A DNA stretch of 64,000 nucleotides from an uncultured Gammaproteobacteria bacterium (GCA_964511305.1 CAZEEU010000004.1:4093-68092), one strand, 5' to 3'; shown: positions 49,293 through 59,336, counted from the first letter of the stretch. Numbers and translations: made by a program. The notes: generated by a model from the sequence alone, not told the origin.

Positions 49293-50645
49293 TCATTCAT
49301 TAATCGAGGTCTCACTTATGTATTGTCTAACTGTGTGGGCATTACCTTTGAGGTTGAGCTTTTGTATCAACATCTCGAATTCCTCAGCCAAAGCTCCTCT
49401 TATAACATTTTTCTCATCCTCATTCATAAGCCACATTTCTTTTTTGTGAGGTCCAAATGCCTTTTTTCTTGTCTTGTATAAAAGCTGCTCATCTGTCCAT
49501 CCCTCTTCGCGCTCATTTTCAAAATTATCTCTACAATATTGGAAGAGTTTTTCACGCAAATGAGCTGGCATAGTGTCGTAAATGATATTTTGAAAACCGG
49601 TAGCTAAGTGGATTTCTACGGTACCTGCTTCGGGGAATTTATCAAATAGCTCGTTTGGCAAAGTTGATGCACCATGCTGCACTGGCCCACCCATTCCAAA
49701 TTTTTCCCTTGCAACATTCCCAATACTTCTTAATACCTCAAAATCTACTTTAACTTCTTTTAGCGACCCGTCTGGATTCGGAAGTCCTCCATGTGTAGTA
49801 CCAGTCTGAACACTCACTTTTGAAATGATCTGGGCATCTCCTACGCGCTCCATATACCCCTTCATAAAAGCCTCAAAATCCTCAACATCTGAGTTCGTAT
49901 CCCCTATGTGCCCTATTTCTCCACCAATTGTTGCCATAACACCTGCTGGCTGCATACTTCTGACAAATTTTGTAAGAAGAGCTGTCATTTCATAATTCTC
50001 CTCCTGTTGCTCATCTTTTGTTGGAAGAGATAGATCAACCAATGTTGATGCATCTATATCTATATTGTAAAAACCAGCCGCTAATGCATCTTTAATAGAA
50101 AGCTCAATCTCATCGATTTGACCCTGAGGATATTCTTTGTACTTTTTTGCATCAAATTGATAATGATCTCCTTGTAGAAATACCGGTCCTTCATATCCTT
50201 CTTTCATGGCAGCAGCTAGAATACAAACAGTAATCTCGTCTTGATTTTGAAGCGTGTACTTATGCTCGCTTCTTGAAATTTCAAATATAAAGGTTGATGC
50301 TTCATGCTCTAACGCCTTTTTAAAGACCTCTCTCGCAACATCATAAGTAATTGTTCTCATATTCATTGCAGGGACCGTAAAACCACTCACTTTTCCTTCA
50401 CCAAATGCTTTATATAGTGGGTGAATTGAGGCTGGATAGACATGAAGTATCTTCGCAAGTTTTCTTATGTATACGCGACAAAGATGCCTAACTTGGGCAT
50501 CATCTGAGAGAACCCCGGAGTAAATTAAGTAGTCAATTCCGTATTCGCGAAATTTTTGGGGATCTTTGATCTGGATATCCTCGTCAGACATTGCCACAAC
50601 GTCATTAAGATTATTGTCCAGTTCGGAAACACTCTGAAATATCAT
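49293..50645 (-). CDS. Class II fructose-bisphosphate aldolase family
   Basis: QGDH, GEIGHIG, GTTHGG and VQHGAS motifs; adjacent to pgk. Confidence 0.88.
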   Translation of the reverse strand: MIFQSVSELDNNLNDVVAMSDEDIQIKDPQKFREYGIDYLIYSGVLSDDAQVRHLCRVYIRKLAKILHVYPASIHPLYKAFGEGKVSGFTVPAMNMRTITYDVAREVFKKALEHEASTFIFEISRSEHKYTLQNQDEITVCILAAAMKEGYEGPVFLQGDHYQFDAKKYKEYPQGQIDEIELSIKDALAAGFYNIDIDASTLVDLSLPTKDEQQEENYEMTALLTKFVRSMQPAGVMATIGGEIGHIGDTNSDVEDFEAFMKGYMERVGDAQIISKVSVQTGTTHGGLPNPDGSLKEVKVDFEVLRSIGNVAREKFGMGGPVQHGASTLPNELFDKFPEAGTVEIHLATGFQNIIYDTMPAHLREKLFQYCRDNFENEREEGWTDEQLLYKTRKKAFGPHKKEMWLMNEDEKNVIRGALAEEFEMLIQKLNLKGNAHTVRQYISETSINE

Positions 50646-50721
50646 AGGGCAGTAAGTTTTGTAGACTTAGTGTACTGGATTTTTGAAAAATTAGTCAAGT
50701 AGAAAATGCTACAATTATTTT

Positions 50722-51366
50722 ATGGACGAAGAAATAGACTCTAAATTTATTCTTTTCTCACCTTGGACTTTCATATTAATTCTTTTAGTCTTTATCCTAG
50801 GAAATCTTTTTATAATTGATACTGCCCTTTTTTGGAGAACCAACCGTGACGCATCGAAGCAAATTGCCGTAAAGCCTACTCAAATTTCACCATCACCAAC
50901 TAATCCTATTAAGAATGGTTGCGATACGGACTGCAAAGAAGAAATCCAAAAGGCAGTTGCTGCAGCTGTTATTAAGCCTCCGGCAACTACTACCCAATCA
51001 CATGCAAAAGAATTTTTTATCACACTTGGCTCTGGCTCAAGCAATTCTCAAGATTGGACAGATGTGCCCGGAACACAGAGTTATATTGATGGTTCTTCAT
51101 ATGAAAAAATTAAAGCAGTCACTTTTGAAGCCTCCCTATACACACCAACTGGCAATCAAACAGCATATGCCAGATTATATAACGTAACTGATTCACATCC
51201 CGTGTGGAATTCCGAGGTCTTAATCGAAGGAGGGACACCTCAGCTTCGAATCTCAAGCCCAATTACTCTTGAGAAAAGCTCAAAACTATACCAGGTGCAG
51301 ATGAAAACACAACTACAATCAAGAACAAATTTGGAAAATGCTCGGATACATATTACGACTTTTTAG
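50722..51366 (+). CDS. Membrane-anchored hypothetical protein
   Basis: N-terminal TM and a beta-rich C-domain. Confidence 0.75.
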   Translation: MDEEIDSKFILFSPWTFILILLVFILGNLFIIDTALFWRTNRDASKQIAVKPTQISPSPTNPIKNGCDTDCKEEIQKAVAAAVIKPPATTTQSHAKEFFITLGSGSSNSQDWTDVPGTQSYIDGSSYEKIKAVTFEASLYTPTGNQTAYARLYNVTDSHPVWNSEVLIEGGTPQLRISSPITLEKSSKLYQVQMKTQLQSRTNLENARIHITTF

Positions 51367-51414
51367 AACTAAATACCAAGAACTGAAAATTAAAAATCGG
51401 GAAAATGAAGGGAC

Positions 51415-52158
51415 TTAATAATTGACGAAGGTGGTAATTTTTGCGTTCTTCTTTATATTTGCTATCCACTCTTGATATTTCTGAGCCAATTTTTGTTGTT
51501 CCATTTGTGCTCTTAAATTTGCTTTTGCTGTATTTTGATCTTTCTCATCTTTAATAAGATCTGCATTCTTTGCCATAAAGTCATTGAATTCTTTGTCAGT
51601 TACTTTTGCTTGTGCACCTAGTATCTTTGTGACTAATAGTTGGATTTTAACTTCCTCTTTAAATTTTTCCTGAGTAAGTCCCTGCGTCGCCAATAAGGCG
51701 TCAAGATTTTGGCCTTGATCTGCAAATTGCTTTTTAATTTTTGCAATTTCTGTATCAATTTCTTTAATTGTTGCATCAATATTTTTCTTTTTTGCCTCCT
51801 GCATAACAAGCATTCTAGTAACTACTGCGTCTAAAGCTGCCTTTCCTGATTGTTTTTCAAGATCCTTGATAATAGAGACTCTAGAAACAGGTTGTCCATT
51901 AACTGTTGCTGCGATAAGAAGACTTTTTCCAAAATATACAACAACTGCAGCAACTACGATTACCCCTGCAAGAATTAAAGATCTTCTATTTGCTGGGTCA
52001 AAAGCTTTTTTCTTAAGATCATTTATTGTGAAGTTCTGAGATTTTGCAACTGCTGGTTGTGATTTTGTTGTGGACTTTGCGGAAGCTTTCAAAGGCGCTT
52101 TAGAAACAGCTTTAGTTGTTTTTGCTGGAGTCTTCTTTGTTGTTTTCGTTGTTGCCAT
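51415..52158 (-). CDS. SurA-N/PrsA-like foldase
   Basis: TM, AATVNGQPV and L..QEAKKKNI motifs. Confidence 0.8.
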   Translation of the reverse strand: MATTKTTKKTPAKTTKAVSKAPLKASAKSTTKSQPAVAKSQNFTINDLKKKAFDPANRRSLILAGVIVVAAVVVYFGKSLLIAATVNGQPVSRVSIIKDLEKQSGKAALDAVVTRMLVMQEAKKKNIDATIKEIDTEIAKIKKQFADQGQNLDALLATQGLTQEKFKEEVKIQLLVTKILGAQAKVTDKEFNDFMAKNADLIKDEKDQNTAKANLRAQMEQQKLAQKYQEWIANIKKNAKITTFVNY

Positions 52159-52308
52159 GCGGCAAGTATACCATTGGGTATTTAAGAAATGCAAGATGTT
52201 TGTCGTGCAATTCGTTTCTTGTTGTAATTTCATACTCCTCTTATTAAATTCTCATAAATCATCGCTAGCATATAAATATATATGAAAAGAGGAGGTGATG
52301 ATTAAAAT

Positions 52309-52461
52309 ATGGGAATTTTAGAATTAATATTTGGAATACTTATCTTTCTTTTCTTAGTAAATCTTTTCTGGGCACTGATTCCTATTCCAAGAACAGCAGG
52401 AGGAGCAATTGTACTAATACTTGTTATTCTTTTGGTGCTAAGACTGATGCACGTTATCTAA
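52309..52461 (+). CDS. 50-aa two-TM small protein (absent from the ORF track)
   Basis: AGGAGGTGA SD; MGILELIFGILIFLFLVNLFWALIPIPRTAGGAIVLILVILLVLRLMHVI. Confidence 0.75.
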   Translation: MGILELIFGILIFLFLVNLFWALIPIPRTAGGAIVLILVILLVLRLMHVI

Positions 52462-53325
52462 TTACTCTTCCTCAACAGATAATTCAAGATAAATTTTTCG
52501 GTTGGTGGCGAGTTCTAATTCACGTCTTGCCATCATACCGATTTCTTTTATCTTTGAACCACCTGCTCCGATTATCATTTTTTTGTACCTATTTGGTGCG
52601 AGAATTCTTGCTTTTATAACTGTCATGTCTTTTTGTGGCTTTTCAACAATGCTATCTACTGTCACTTTAATAGCATAAGGTAATTCACGTCTGAGTCTCA
52701 AAAAAGCCTTCTCCCTAATCATCTCTTCAAGAAAAAGCTTTGAATCCATATTAAGAAGAGGGGTTACCATATCCTTGGTGTCTATAAGCTGCTCACCTTC
52801 TTTTAAGAAAGCGAAAATTGTATCGACTAATACGTTAAGATTTGTTCTAGTTCTTGCGGAAAGTTCAATTGTCGCGTCAAATTCCTCTTCCATGAATTTA
52901 TATTGTTCTGAAAAATCAGGATGTCTTTTGTCACATTTGTTAATAACCAAAATTTTTGGGACATCAACTTTTCTCACCAATCCAAGCACTTTATTCTCCT
53001 CAACCCCACGCTCACGTGTCTTATCAACTACATACACAGCAACATCAACGCCGTCATTTAAAGCATGTTCTGCTGTGTAATTTATGTCATGTGCCTTAGG
53101 GTTATCAGCTTTTGCGAATATACCAGGGGTATCGTGAAAAATTATTTGCCCACGTGCGTCTTCATATACCGCTTGTACAGAAAATTGTGTTGTCTGCGGT
53201 TTTGGTGAAGTAATAGACACCTTTTTATCCAAAAGGGCATTTAAAAGTGTTGATTTGCCCGCATTTGGCCTTCCCAAAAGAGCAACAACACCTGATTTGT
53301 ACACGGGTTTTGATTCTTTTATCAT
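52462..53325 (-). CDS. era: GTPase Era
   Basis: GRPNAGKSTL, DTPG, NKCD and KH domain motifs. Confidence 0.96.
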   Translation of the reverse strand: MIKESKPVYKSGVVALLGRPNAGKSTLLNALLDKKVSITSPKPQTTQFSVQAVYEDARGQIIFHDTPGIFAKADNPKAHDINYTAEHALNDGVDVAVYVVDKTRERGVEENKVLGLVRKVDVPKILVINKCDKRHPDFSEQYKFMEEEFDATIELSARTRTNLNVLVDTIFAFLKEGEQLIDTKDMVTPLLNMDSKLFLEEMIREKAFLRLRRELPYAIKVTVDSIVEKPQKDMTVIKARILAPNRYKKMIIGAGGSKIKEIGMMARRELELATNRKIYLELSVEEE

Positions 53326-53374
53326 GGGGTAATTATACTAAAAATGAAGTAATAAAGATACTATAGGGCATTCT

Positions 53375-54148
53375 CTATGAGGTAACTGTTGCTTGTGCGG
53401 GTCTACCACCAAATCTTCTCTCTCTTTTTGTGAATTCGATTATGGCCTCAACAATATCTTTTGAACCTGTATTAGGCAGTAATTTGGAAATAAATGCAAG
53501 TTCGGAATTAATGGTAAGCCAGCCCAAGTCTGAAGTCCTCTTTTCCCCTGAAGTCCTAACAACTAAATCAGCAGGTGGGACAATACCTCCACCATCTCTG
53601 TACTTAGAAAGTATTTCGGGGGTAATTTTTGTTATTTTATCCTCAATCATCTTTCGAAACATTCGTACCTCCTGATCTTGACCTGCATAGTCCACAAGCA
53701 AGGAAAGCACAGTTCCTGTATTTTTTTTTGTCTTTTTTTCAGCTTCTTCGAATGCTTTTCTTAAATATGCTGGTATTCGATCTTTTCTTCCAATATGCAC
53801 AATACGTTCATTGCGTTTCATCGCTTGAGGCAAAAGCACTTTTAGCGTTGCGTCAATTACTTTCATGATTCCATCAGCTTCTTCTTTTGTTCTGGACCAA
53901 TTATCAGCAGAGAATCCCCAAATGCTGATGTATTTTATAGGTAACTGCCATAAATCATTGTAAATATTTGTAATAACTTCTGCTCCCTTTTTGTGACCTT
54001 CTGTGATATTTTTATGAGCAAGCTTTGCCCATCTACCATTTCCGTCAGGAATTAAGAGCAAATGGGAAGGGAATTTTTCTTTGGAGATTTTTTTGAGTTC
54101 TGGGAATTTTTCCCACACACTTTTTCCAGACTTTGAATTTAAGAACAT
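53375..54148 (-). CDS. uppS: Undecaprenyl diphosphate synthase
   Basis: DGNGRWA, FSADNW.R and RTSGEKR motifs. Confidence 0.94.
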   Translation of the reverse strand: MFLNSKSGKSVWEKFPELKKISKEKFPSHLLLIPDGNGRWAKLAHKNITEGHKKGAEVITNIYNDLWQLPIKYISIWGFSADNWSRTKEEADGIMKVIDATLKVLLPQAMKRNERIVHIGRKDRIPAYLRKAFEEAEKKTKKNTGTVLSLLVDYAGQDQEVRMFRKMIEDKITKITPEILSKYRDGGGIVPPADLVVRTSGEKRTSDLGWLTINSELAFISKLLPNTGSKDIVEAIIEFTKRERRFGGRPAQATVTS

Positions 54149-54199
54149 ATTTAGGGTTGGACAGACTATATTGTACTAAAGGAATACTAAAACCACAAA

Positions 54200-54835
54200 C
54201 TAACTAACTTTTCCCATAGTGCTTTTGCAGAAATCTTTTCTATGAATATCTGATATACCAAATTTTATAATATTTGCTCGGTGTTTTGCAGTACCGTACC
54301 CTTTATGCGATTTAAATTCGTATTCTGGATACTTTTCCGAAAGTTGTTCCATGAGTCTATCACGCTCTACTTTTGCAATTATTGAAGCTGCAGCAATTGA
54401 AATACTTAGACTATCTCCTCGAATAATACCTTTTTGTTTATAATTCCCCGGAATAGTAAAAGCGTCAATAAGAAAGTAAGGCTTATGTAACTTCTTCATC
54501 AATTTATCAGCCACTTCTTGCATCCCCATATATGTAGCTTTGCCAATACCAATCTCATTAATAACGCCTACCTCTATAAAACTTAGCTCAAATCTACATA
54601 ACTCTTTGAGGATTCTAGAAAGTTCTTCCCGTTTCTTAGGTGTCAGTTTTTTACTGTCATTAATGCCAAGTTTTAATAGATTCGCTTGGTCGCTTTTAGA
54701 AAGGCTGGGAAATGCAGCTCCTCCAACGCACACTGGTCCAGCAAATGCACCCCTCCCTACTTCATCTATGCCGACAGGGAAATATCCTTCTTCAATCAGT
54801 GGTAACTCGTAAGAAAAATCAGGGAACTGCCTCAT
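54200..54835 (-). CDS. rnhB: Ribonuclease HII
   Basis: GIDEVGRG, DSKKL, AASIIAKV.RD and KGYGT motifs. Confidence 0.96.
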   Translation of the reverse strand: MRQFPDFSYELPLIEEGYFPVGIDEVGRGAFAGPVCVGGAAFPSLSKSDQANLLKLGINDSKKLTPKKREELSRILKELCRFELSFIEVGVINEIGIGKATYMGMQEVADKLMKKLHKPYFLIDAFTIPGNYKQKGIIRGDSLSISIAAASIIAKVERDRLMEQLSEKYPEYEFKSHKGYGTAKHRANIIKFGISDIHRKDFCKSTMGKVS

Positions 54836-55119
54836 TATTTTTCTCCCGGACACTTTTTAAATTCACAATTAGGTCCTTCTCGACCAACAGCAGACCCATC
54901 AGGACAAAGCCGTGCATCCATAGTGCATGCTGTACCCTCCAATTGTGAATGTTTGGTTGAGGACAGTCTATATAACTCCTGAAGCATTGGGCGGTCAATT
55001 CTTTCTTGATAGGCAACCCCCATATAAAATGCGATCACTGGCAACATCACAAATAATATAAGTGCAATTATTTTGGAAAGTGTTGTCACTGTTGTAAATG
55101 GATTATTTTTCTTGGCCAT
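54835..55119 (-). CDS. Small TM protein with a Cys-rich module
   Basis: ACTMDARLCPDGSAVGREGPNCEFKKCP. Confidence 0.8.
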   Translation of the reverse strand: MAKKNNPFTTVTTLSKIIALILFVMLPVIAFYMGVAYQERIDRPMLQELYRLSSTKHSQLEGTACTMDARLCPDGSAVGREGPNCEFKKCPGEK

Positions 55120-55172
55120 ATTCTTACTATACCAAAGTGGCAATAAAGGAGTAAATATGATATCTTTACGGT

Positions 55173-55634
55173 ATGAAGCAGGCAGGCTCGATACTCACAC
55201 TCGCTTTTTTTTCCTTCGCACTTTCAGCTCACCATGTTAGCGCAAATACTTCCTCAGTGCATGTAACAAGCGAAGGTGATTCCTCTACTTCTGTTAATGT
55301 CCAAAGCAATTTCAACTCTACAAATACCACAACAAATTCCAATACCAACAATACAAAAATTAGAATTGAATCAAACGGAGAAGTTAAAGAGTACGAGTCA
55401 AATAATGGTGAGGATGTAAATATTGAATCAAAAGACGGAAATTCAAAAGTTGTGGTAAAAAACAACGGAACAACTATTACAGCCTCACCAAAACCAACAA
55501 CCCAAATGGACCATGTTGCGTCAGAAGAAGCAAAAAAAATTGAGAAAAAAATAGAGGATATAAAAGAAAAACAAAAAGACTTCTTTCAAAAGCTAGAAGA
55601 ACTGATCAAAAACTTTTTCCAGAACCTCTTCTAA
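55173..55634 (+). CDS. Secreted Ser/Thr/Asn-rich protein
   Basis: Signal peptide and amphipathic C-terminal helix. Confidence 0.75.
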   Translation: MKQAGSILTLAFFSFALSAHHVSANTSSVHVTSEGDSSTSVNVQSNFNSTNTTTNSNTNNTKIRIESNGEVKEYESNNGEDVNIESKDGNSKVVVKNNGTTITASPKPTTQMDHVASEEAKKIEKKIEDIKEKQKDFFQKLEELIKNFFQNLF

Positions 55635-55635
55635 A

Positions 55636-56268
55636 CTACTTCAGGAATTTTATTGAGGATATAATACTATCTACTTCCTTTTGGAATCCTACTTTTTGAG
55701 GATCTGCGACAAGATATGTTATGTCTACTCCGTATTGTGAATTGTTATCTTTATGAAGAACATAATGGGTAGATTCACCTAAGCTTCTTATTGTATAGGT
55801 AAATCCTGAATATCCATTTACCGATACTGCTTTTTTACCAGTTAGCAATTCGCCCATTTGATCTTTAGTTGCCATTTCAATTTGACTATCTACATAACTT
55901 TCAAGGCTTCCGGTAAATTGTAATGGCTGGAATGTGACTATGGCTCCATCATACATTTCAGTCTGCCCTGTCTGCGTATCACCCTTTTTATAAATCCTAA
56001 TAAATTCTCCCCCATTCATTTCATCAATTGTGTAACCCAATGGATACAGGAATGTAAAAATCCCCCTCTTATCTGAATAACTTAATCCACCTTTCTTAAG
56101 TGCTTCCACTTGTGCTTCATCAACAACAGGAACAGAATCAGGAGAATTAGTGGGAATGATGTTGGTAATATTAGTTGGGATATTTGGACGGATACTTTTT
56201 GTATAGATAAAATATCCCGCAACGATAACAACTATCAAAAGAACTACAATTACAATTTTTCCCATCAT
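55636..56268 (-). CDS. Membrane-anchored PsbP-like protein
   Basis: TM, FTFLYP, VNGYSG and IISSIKF motifs. Confidence 0.75.
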   Translation of the reverse strand: MMGKIVIVVLLIVVIVAGYFIYTKSIRPNIPTNITNIIPTNSPDSVPVVDEAQVEALKKGGLSYSDKRGIFTFLYPLGYTIDEMNGGEFIRIYKKGDTQTGQTEMYDGAIVTFQPLQFTGSLESYVDSQIEMATKDQMGELLTGKKAVSVNGYSGFTYTIRSLGESTHYVLHKDNNSQYGVDITYLVADPQKVGFQKEVDSIISSIKFLK

Positions 56269-56373
56269 GAAATTTTTACATATAAAGCTTAACGGTTAAT
56301 TAAAAAAATTGTAAGAAGTGAATAAGAGAATGTAAATAAACCCCGAAACGATAGCGTGCAATTAAGATTCTTT

Positions 56374-56577
56374 TTAAATATGATTACGGAGTTGATTATG
56401 TTGTGCAAGATCAAAAGGAGTAACAATTGGGGCCTGCTCTAGGATGGTATCTATTCCCCTAAGAACTTGTTCTTGATCAGGAGTAAGCTCAATACCTTTT
56501 GCCTCCCTTCTAAGCTCTATATACTCTGGATCCTGATAGTCAAGATTTCTTAGTGCTGCTGCAAGATTCTCATTCAT
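56374..56577 (-). CDS. Small hypothetical protein
   Basis: TAAAAT just upstream of ATG; 67 aa. Confidence 0.55.
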   Translation of the reverse strand: MNENLAAALRNLDYQDPEYIELRREAKGIELTPDQEQVLRGIDTILEQAPIVTPFDLAQHNQLRNHI

Positions 56578-56651
56578 GAGTATATTTTACTCCTCAAAAA
56601 TCTAGATGCAAGCAAATATCATGTTTGTAAATTTGAGCCAGTTGAAGCTTG

Positions 56652-56804
56652 CCCCGAGCTTGTCGAGGGGGTAAAATAGAATGTCTTAGGGCTGTAAGCA
56701 GAGCTTCACTTTGTTTAAGCAGAGCTTGCATCCCTAACAAGTTAGGGCTGTAGTTTAGTTCGCACAAAGTGTGAACCAAAATACACCCTGAACGTAGTGA
56801 AGGG
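56652..56804. repeat. REP-like palindromes and duplicated tRNA-Trp 5' ends
   Basis: CCCCGAGCTTGTCGAGGGG, CCCTGAACGTAGTGAAGGG, and AGGGCTGTA at 56688 and 56744. Confidence 0.7.
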
Positions 56805-56871
56805 CCGTAGTTTACCGGTAGAATAGGGGTCTCCAAAACCCTTGAAGATGGTTCGATTCCATCCGGCCCTG
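56801..56871 (+). tRNA. tRNA-Trp(CCA)
   Basis: Acceptor AGGGCCG/CGGCCCT, anticodon arm GGGGT-CTCCAAA-ACCCT, T arm GATGG-TTCGATT-CCATC. Confidence 0.93.
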
Positions 56872-56963
56872 CAGACCTCCCAGCCTCAAATCACAAACTT
56901 TCTGCTACAAAAACCATTGTATTTTTCAAACATCGGTTAGAACCTCTTTGATATACTAGAAAA

Positions 56964-57767
56964 ATGAAAATTCACTTTATTGGATTATCAAGTTTTTTAA
57001 TTGAAAACAATGCAGGGTATCGTATTCTTATTGATCCCTTTAATAATGCACCCGAATGGTCATTAGGATTATCTTTTCCAGATACGTTTGTAGAAAAGCC
57101 TTTTGGTGCAAACATAGTACTCATGTCAGAACCTGATGCTGACCATGCTTATGCACCCGGAGACTGGTTAGAAAAAGCCCCACCCACAGAACCGAACAGC
57201 AATCCGTTTCCTAACATTAACATTCGAGGAACTGTAATTTATGAATGGAATGGTGATGTAAATATCGCATGGCATTACACTGTTGACGGGGTTCGTCTAG
57301 TGCACCTAGCTGATAATGCACATCCACTAACCGAGCAACAACTACAAGAAATTGGAAGGCCGGATATTCTTTTTATTTCTGCATCAAAGGCAAAAGAGAA
57401 CGAAGACGGTGAAGTAACAAGAAAAAATATAGAGTCACTTGCACCTAAAATGGTTATTTGGACACATCATATCGTGCCACCAAATCTGCCCGATACTGAA
57501 AATGCAGAGGAGCTAAGAAGTTTCTTCAGAAAATTTTTCAAAGAAAACGCATCAATGAACAAAAACTACAAAGGTGAAGATAGTTGCATTGAGCTTTGTT
57601 ATATTCTGGAAAATGCGATGGAACACAATAAAGAATATAACGGCACAGTTCTTGACGAAACAAGTTTTTCAATCAATATGGAACAATTGACCCAAACTGA
57701 CAATAGTCCAAAATCAATTCTTTTTAAAAGAATGTTAGCTCACCCGAAAATTCTACCAAAAGAATAA
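56964..57767 (+). CDS. MBL-fold metallo-hydrolase (degenerate motif)
   Basis: ILIDPF; SEPDADHA in place of HxHxDH; HLAD. Confidence 0.75.
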   Translation: MKIHFIGLSSFLIENNAGYRILIDPFNNAPEWSLGLSFPDTFVEKPFGANIVLMSEPDADHAYAPGDWLEKAPPTEPNSNPFPNINIRGTVIYEWNGDVNIAWHYTVDGVRLVHLADNAHPLTEQQLQEIGRPDILFISASKAKENEDGEVTRKNIESLAPKMVIWTHHIVPPNLPDTENAEELRSFFRKFFKENASMNKNYKGEDSCIELCYILENAMEHNKEYNGTVLDETSFSINMEQLTQTDNSPKSILFKRMLAHPKILPKE

Positions 57768-57777
57768 TGCTTCTAAT

Positions 57778-58590
57778 ATGAATGACGCCCAAGCACCATC
57801 TAAAGATATTCTTGAAAGATTTAACATAGCAGACGAGCCTATTTTGATAAAAGGCGGTCAGGGAACAACTTGGAAAGCTGGAAAATTTATCCTCAAACCA
57901 ATCTCAAGCGAGGAAGAAGTTGATTGGTGTGCTACGACAATAGAAAAATTGCCACGAGACTCTTTTCGCATTCCCAAGTATTTAAAAACAACCGATGGTA
58001 AGTATTCTATCGATGGTTGGTGTGCATTGGAGTTTATCGAAGGGGAACATATGAAAGACTGCTGGGAAGAAAAGGTAGTTGTTTGTAAAGGCTTTAATAA
58101 TCTATTGGTAGATTTGTTAAAACCAGATTTTATAGAAAAAAGAACAAATCCATGGGCAATTGCAGACAAAATGGTTTTTGAAGAAATACCATTAAATTAC
58201 GACCCCCGCTTGGCGGAATACGTTATTGAAATTAAAAAATATCTAAAACCAATCGATATGGAAGAGCAAATTATACATGGGGATATTACTGGGAATATGT
58301 TATTTGCTGATGGGGAGCTTCCTGGAATTATCGATTTCACTCCCAATTGGAAATCAAAAGAATATGCATTAGCAATTTTAGTAGTAGACGCAATTACTTG
58401 GGAAGGTGCTGATGAAACTATATTCAAGTTAGTATCAAACGAACAAGACATTTTTCAACTATTGCTAAGAGCTGCATTCTTTAGAGCATTGGTCACTAGT
58501 GAATTTTTTAGACAGTTTGGAAATGATAGGATTTCAGAGATTGATGTTCATACAAGAACTTTGGAAATGATTATCAAAGAGTTTGAGTAG
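57778..58590 (+). CDS. Aminoglycoside-phosphotransferase-like kinase
   Basis: LKP, IHGDITGNMLF and IIDF motifs. Confidence 0.82.
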   Translation: MNDAQAPSKDILERFNIADEPILIKGGQGTTWKAGKFILKPISSEEEVDWCATTIEKLPRDSFRIPKYLKTTDGKYSIDGWCALEFIEGEHMKDCWEEKVVVCKGFNNLLVDLLKPDFIEKRTNPWAIADKMVFEEIPLNYDPRLAEYVIEIKKYLKPIDMEEQIIHGDITGNMLFADGELPGIIDFTPNWKSKEYALAILVVDAITWEGADETIFKLVSNEQDIFQLLLRAAFFRALVTSEFFRQFGNDRISEIDVHTRTLEMIIKEFE

Positions 58591-58598
58591 TATATAGA

Positions 58599-58632
58599 TA
58601 ATACGTCCTAACATATTCGCTCAAGCCCTGCA
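58599..58632 (+). repeat. Cassette-boundary repeat, copy 1
   Basis: TAATACGTCCTAACATATTCGCTCAAGCCCTGCA. Confidence 0.85.
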
Positions 58633-58681
58633 ATACATCCCATAGTTTGACATTTTAACTCATTTTTGTTAGAATAACTTC

Positions 58682-59203
58682 ATGAAAGAAACGTATTCAG
58701 GTCCTATAACTTTACTAGAGCAACCTGAGGTTACTGCAGCTTATGCTAATGACAGGGATTTTTCCCAAGAGTTAGTTATTGTGAATGATCTTCATAATGA
58801 GATGCTTTCGTATTTAGCATCGCGTGGTATTGAAGTATTACAATCTGATGCAAGAATTAAGTCCACAGAAAGGCTTCTTGAGAAAATTGAAAATCCCATG
58901 CGTGGCTCAAATCCTGTCCTTGATCTGTATGCTCTTCAAATGGTAGTTGGCCAGCCGGAGGTTTTTAGAACAATCAAATCAATTAGAAAAAAGTGGCCAA
59001 TGCCAAAGAAGTTTCCATGGGGAATACGCACTGCAAGAATTGGCGGAAATCCATTGAGCCATCCTGACTATCAAGCTGTGCATATGAATTTTGTTTTTAA
59101 TTCAGATAAAATCGCCGAAGTAAAACTCTTTACTCCTGAACAGTTTCAGCTTGAGCAAGAAACGAGAGAATTCTATGAACTAAATAGACGTTTGCTAAAA
59201 TAA
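58682..59203 (+). CDS. RelA/SpoT synthetase-like small protein
   Basis: RIKS..RL.EK, DLYAL, YQAVH and AEVKLFT motifs; TTGACA-17-TAGAAT promoter. Confidence 0.65.
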   Translation: MKETYSGPITLLEQPEVTAAYANDRDFSQELVIVNDLHNEMLSYLASRGIEVLQSDARIKSTERLLEKIENPMRGSNPVLDLYALQMVVGQPEVFRTIKSIRKKWPMPKKFPWGIRTARIGGNPLSHPDYQAVHMNFVFNSDKIAEVKLFTPEQFQLEQETREFYELNRRLLK

Positions 59204-59294
59204 TACGTCCTGACATAAGCAAAGCTTGCCCGTTCGCTACGCTCAGGGTAAACAAGTTTGCTTCTTTTCAATAAGTAATCGCTCAAGCCCTGCA
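59201..59294 (+). repeat. Cassette-boundary repeat, copy 2, with a ~60-bp hairpin insert
   Basis: TAATACGTCCTGACATA[...]TCGCTCAAGCCCTGCA. Confidence 0.8.
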
Positions 59295-59336
59295 AGAAGG
59301 CACCATTCGATACCTGGCTTCGCAACGACTTTAACC

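Noticed and set aside
56594-56836. 80-aa minus-strand ORF
   Set aside because: It overlaps tRNA-Trp and the upstream repeats
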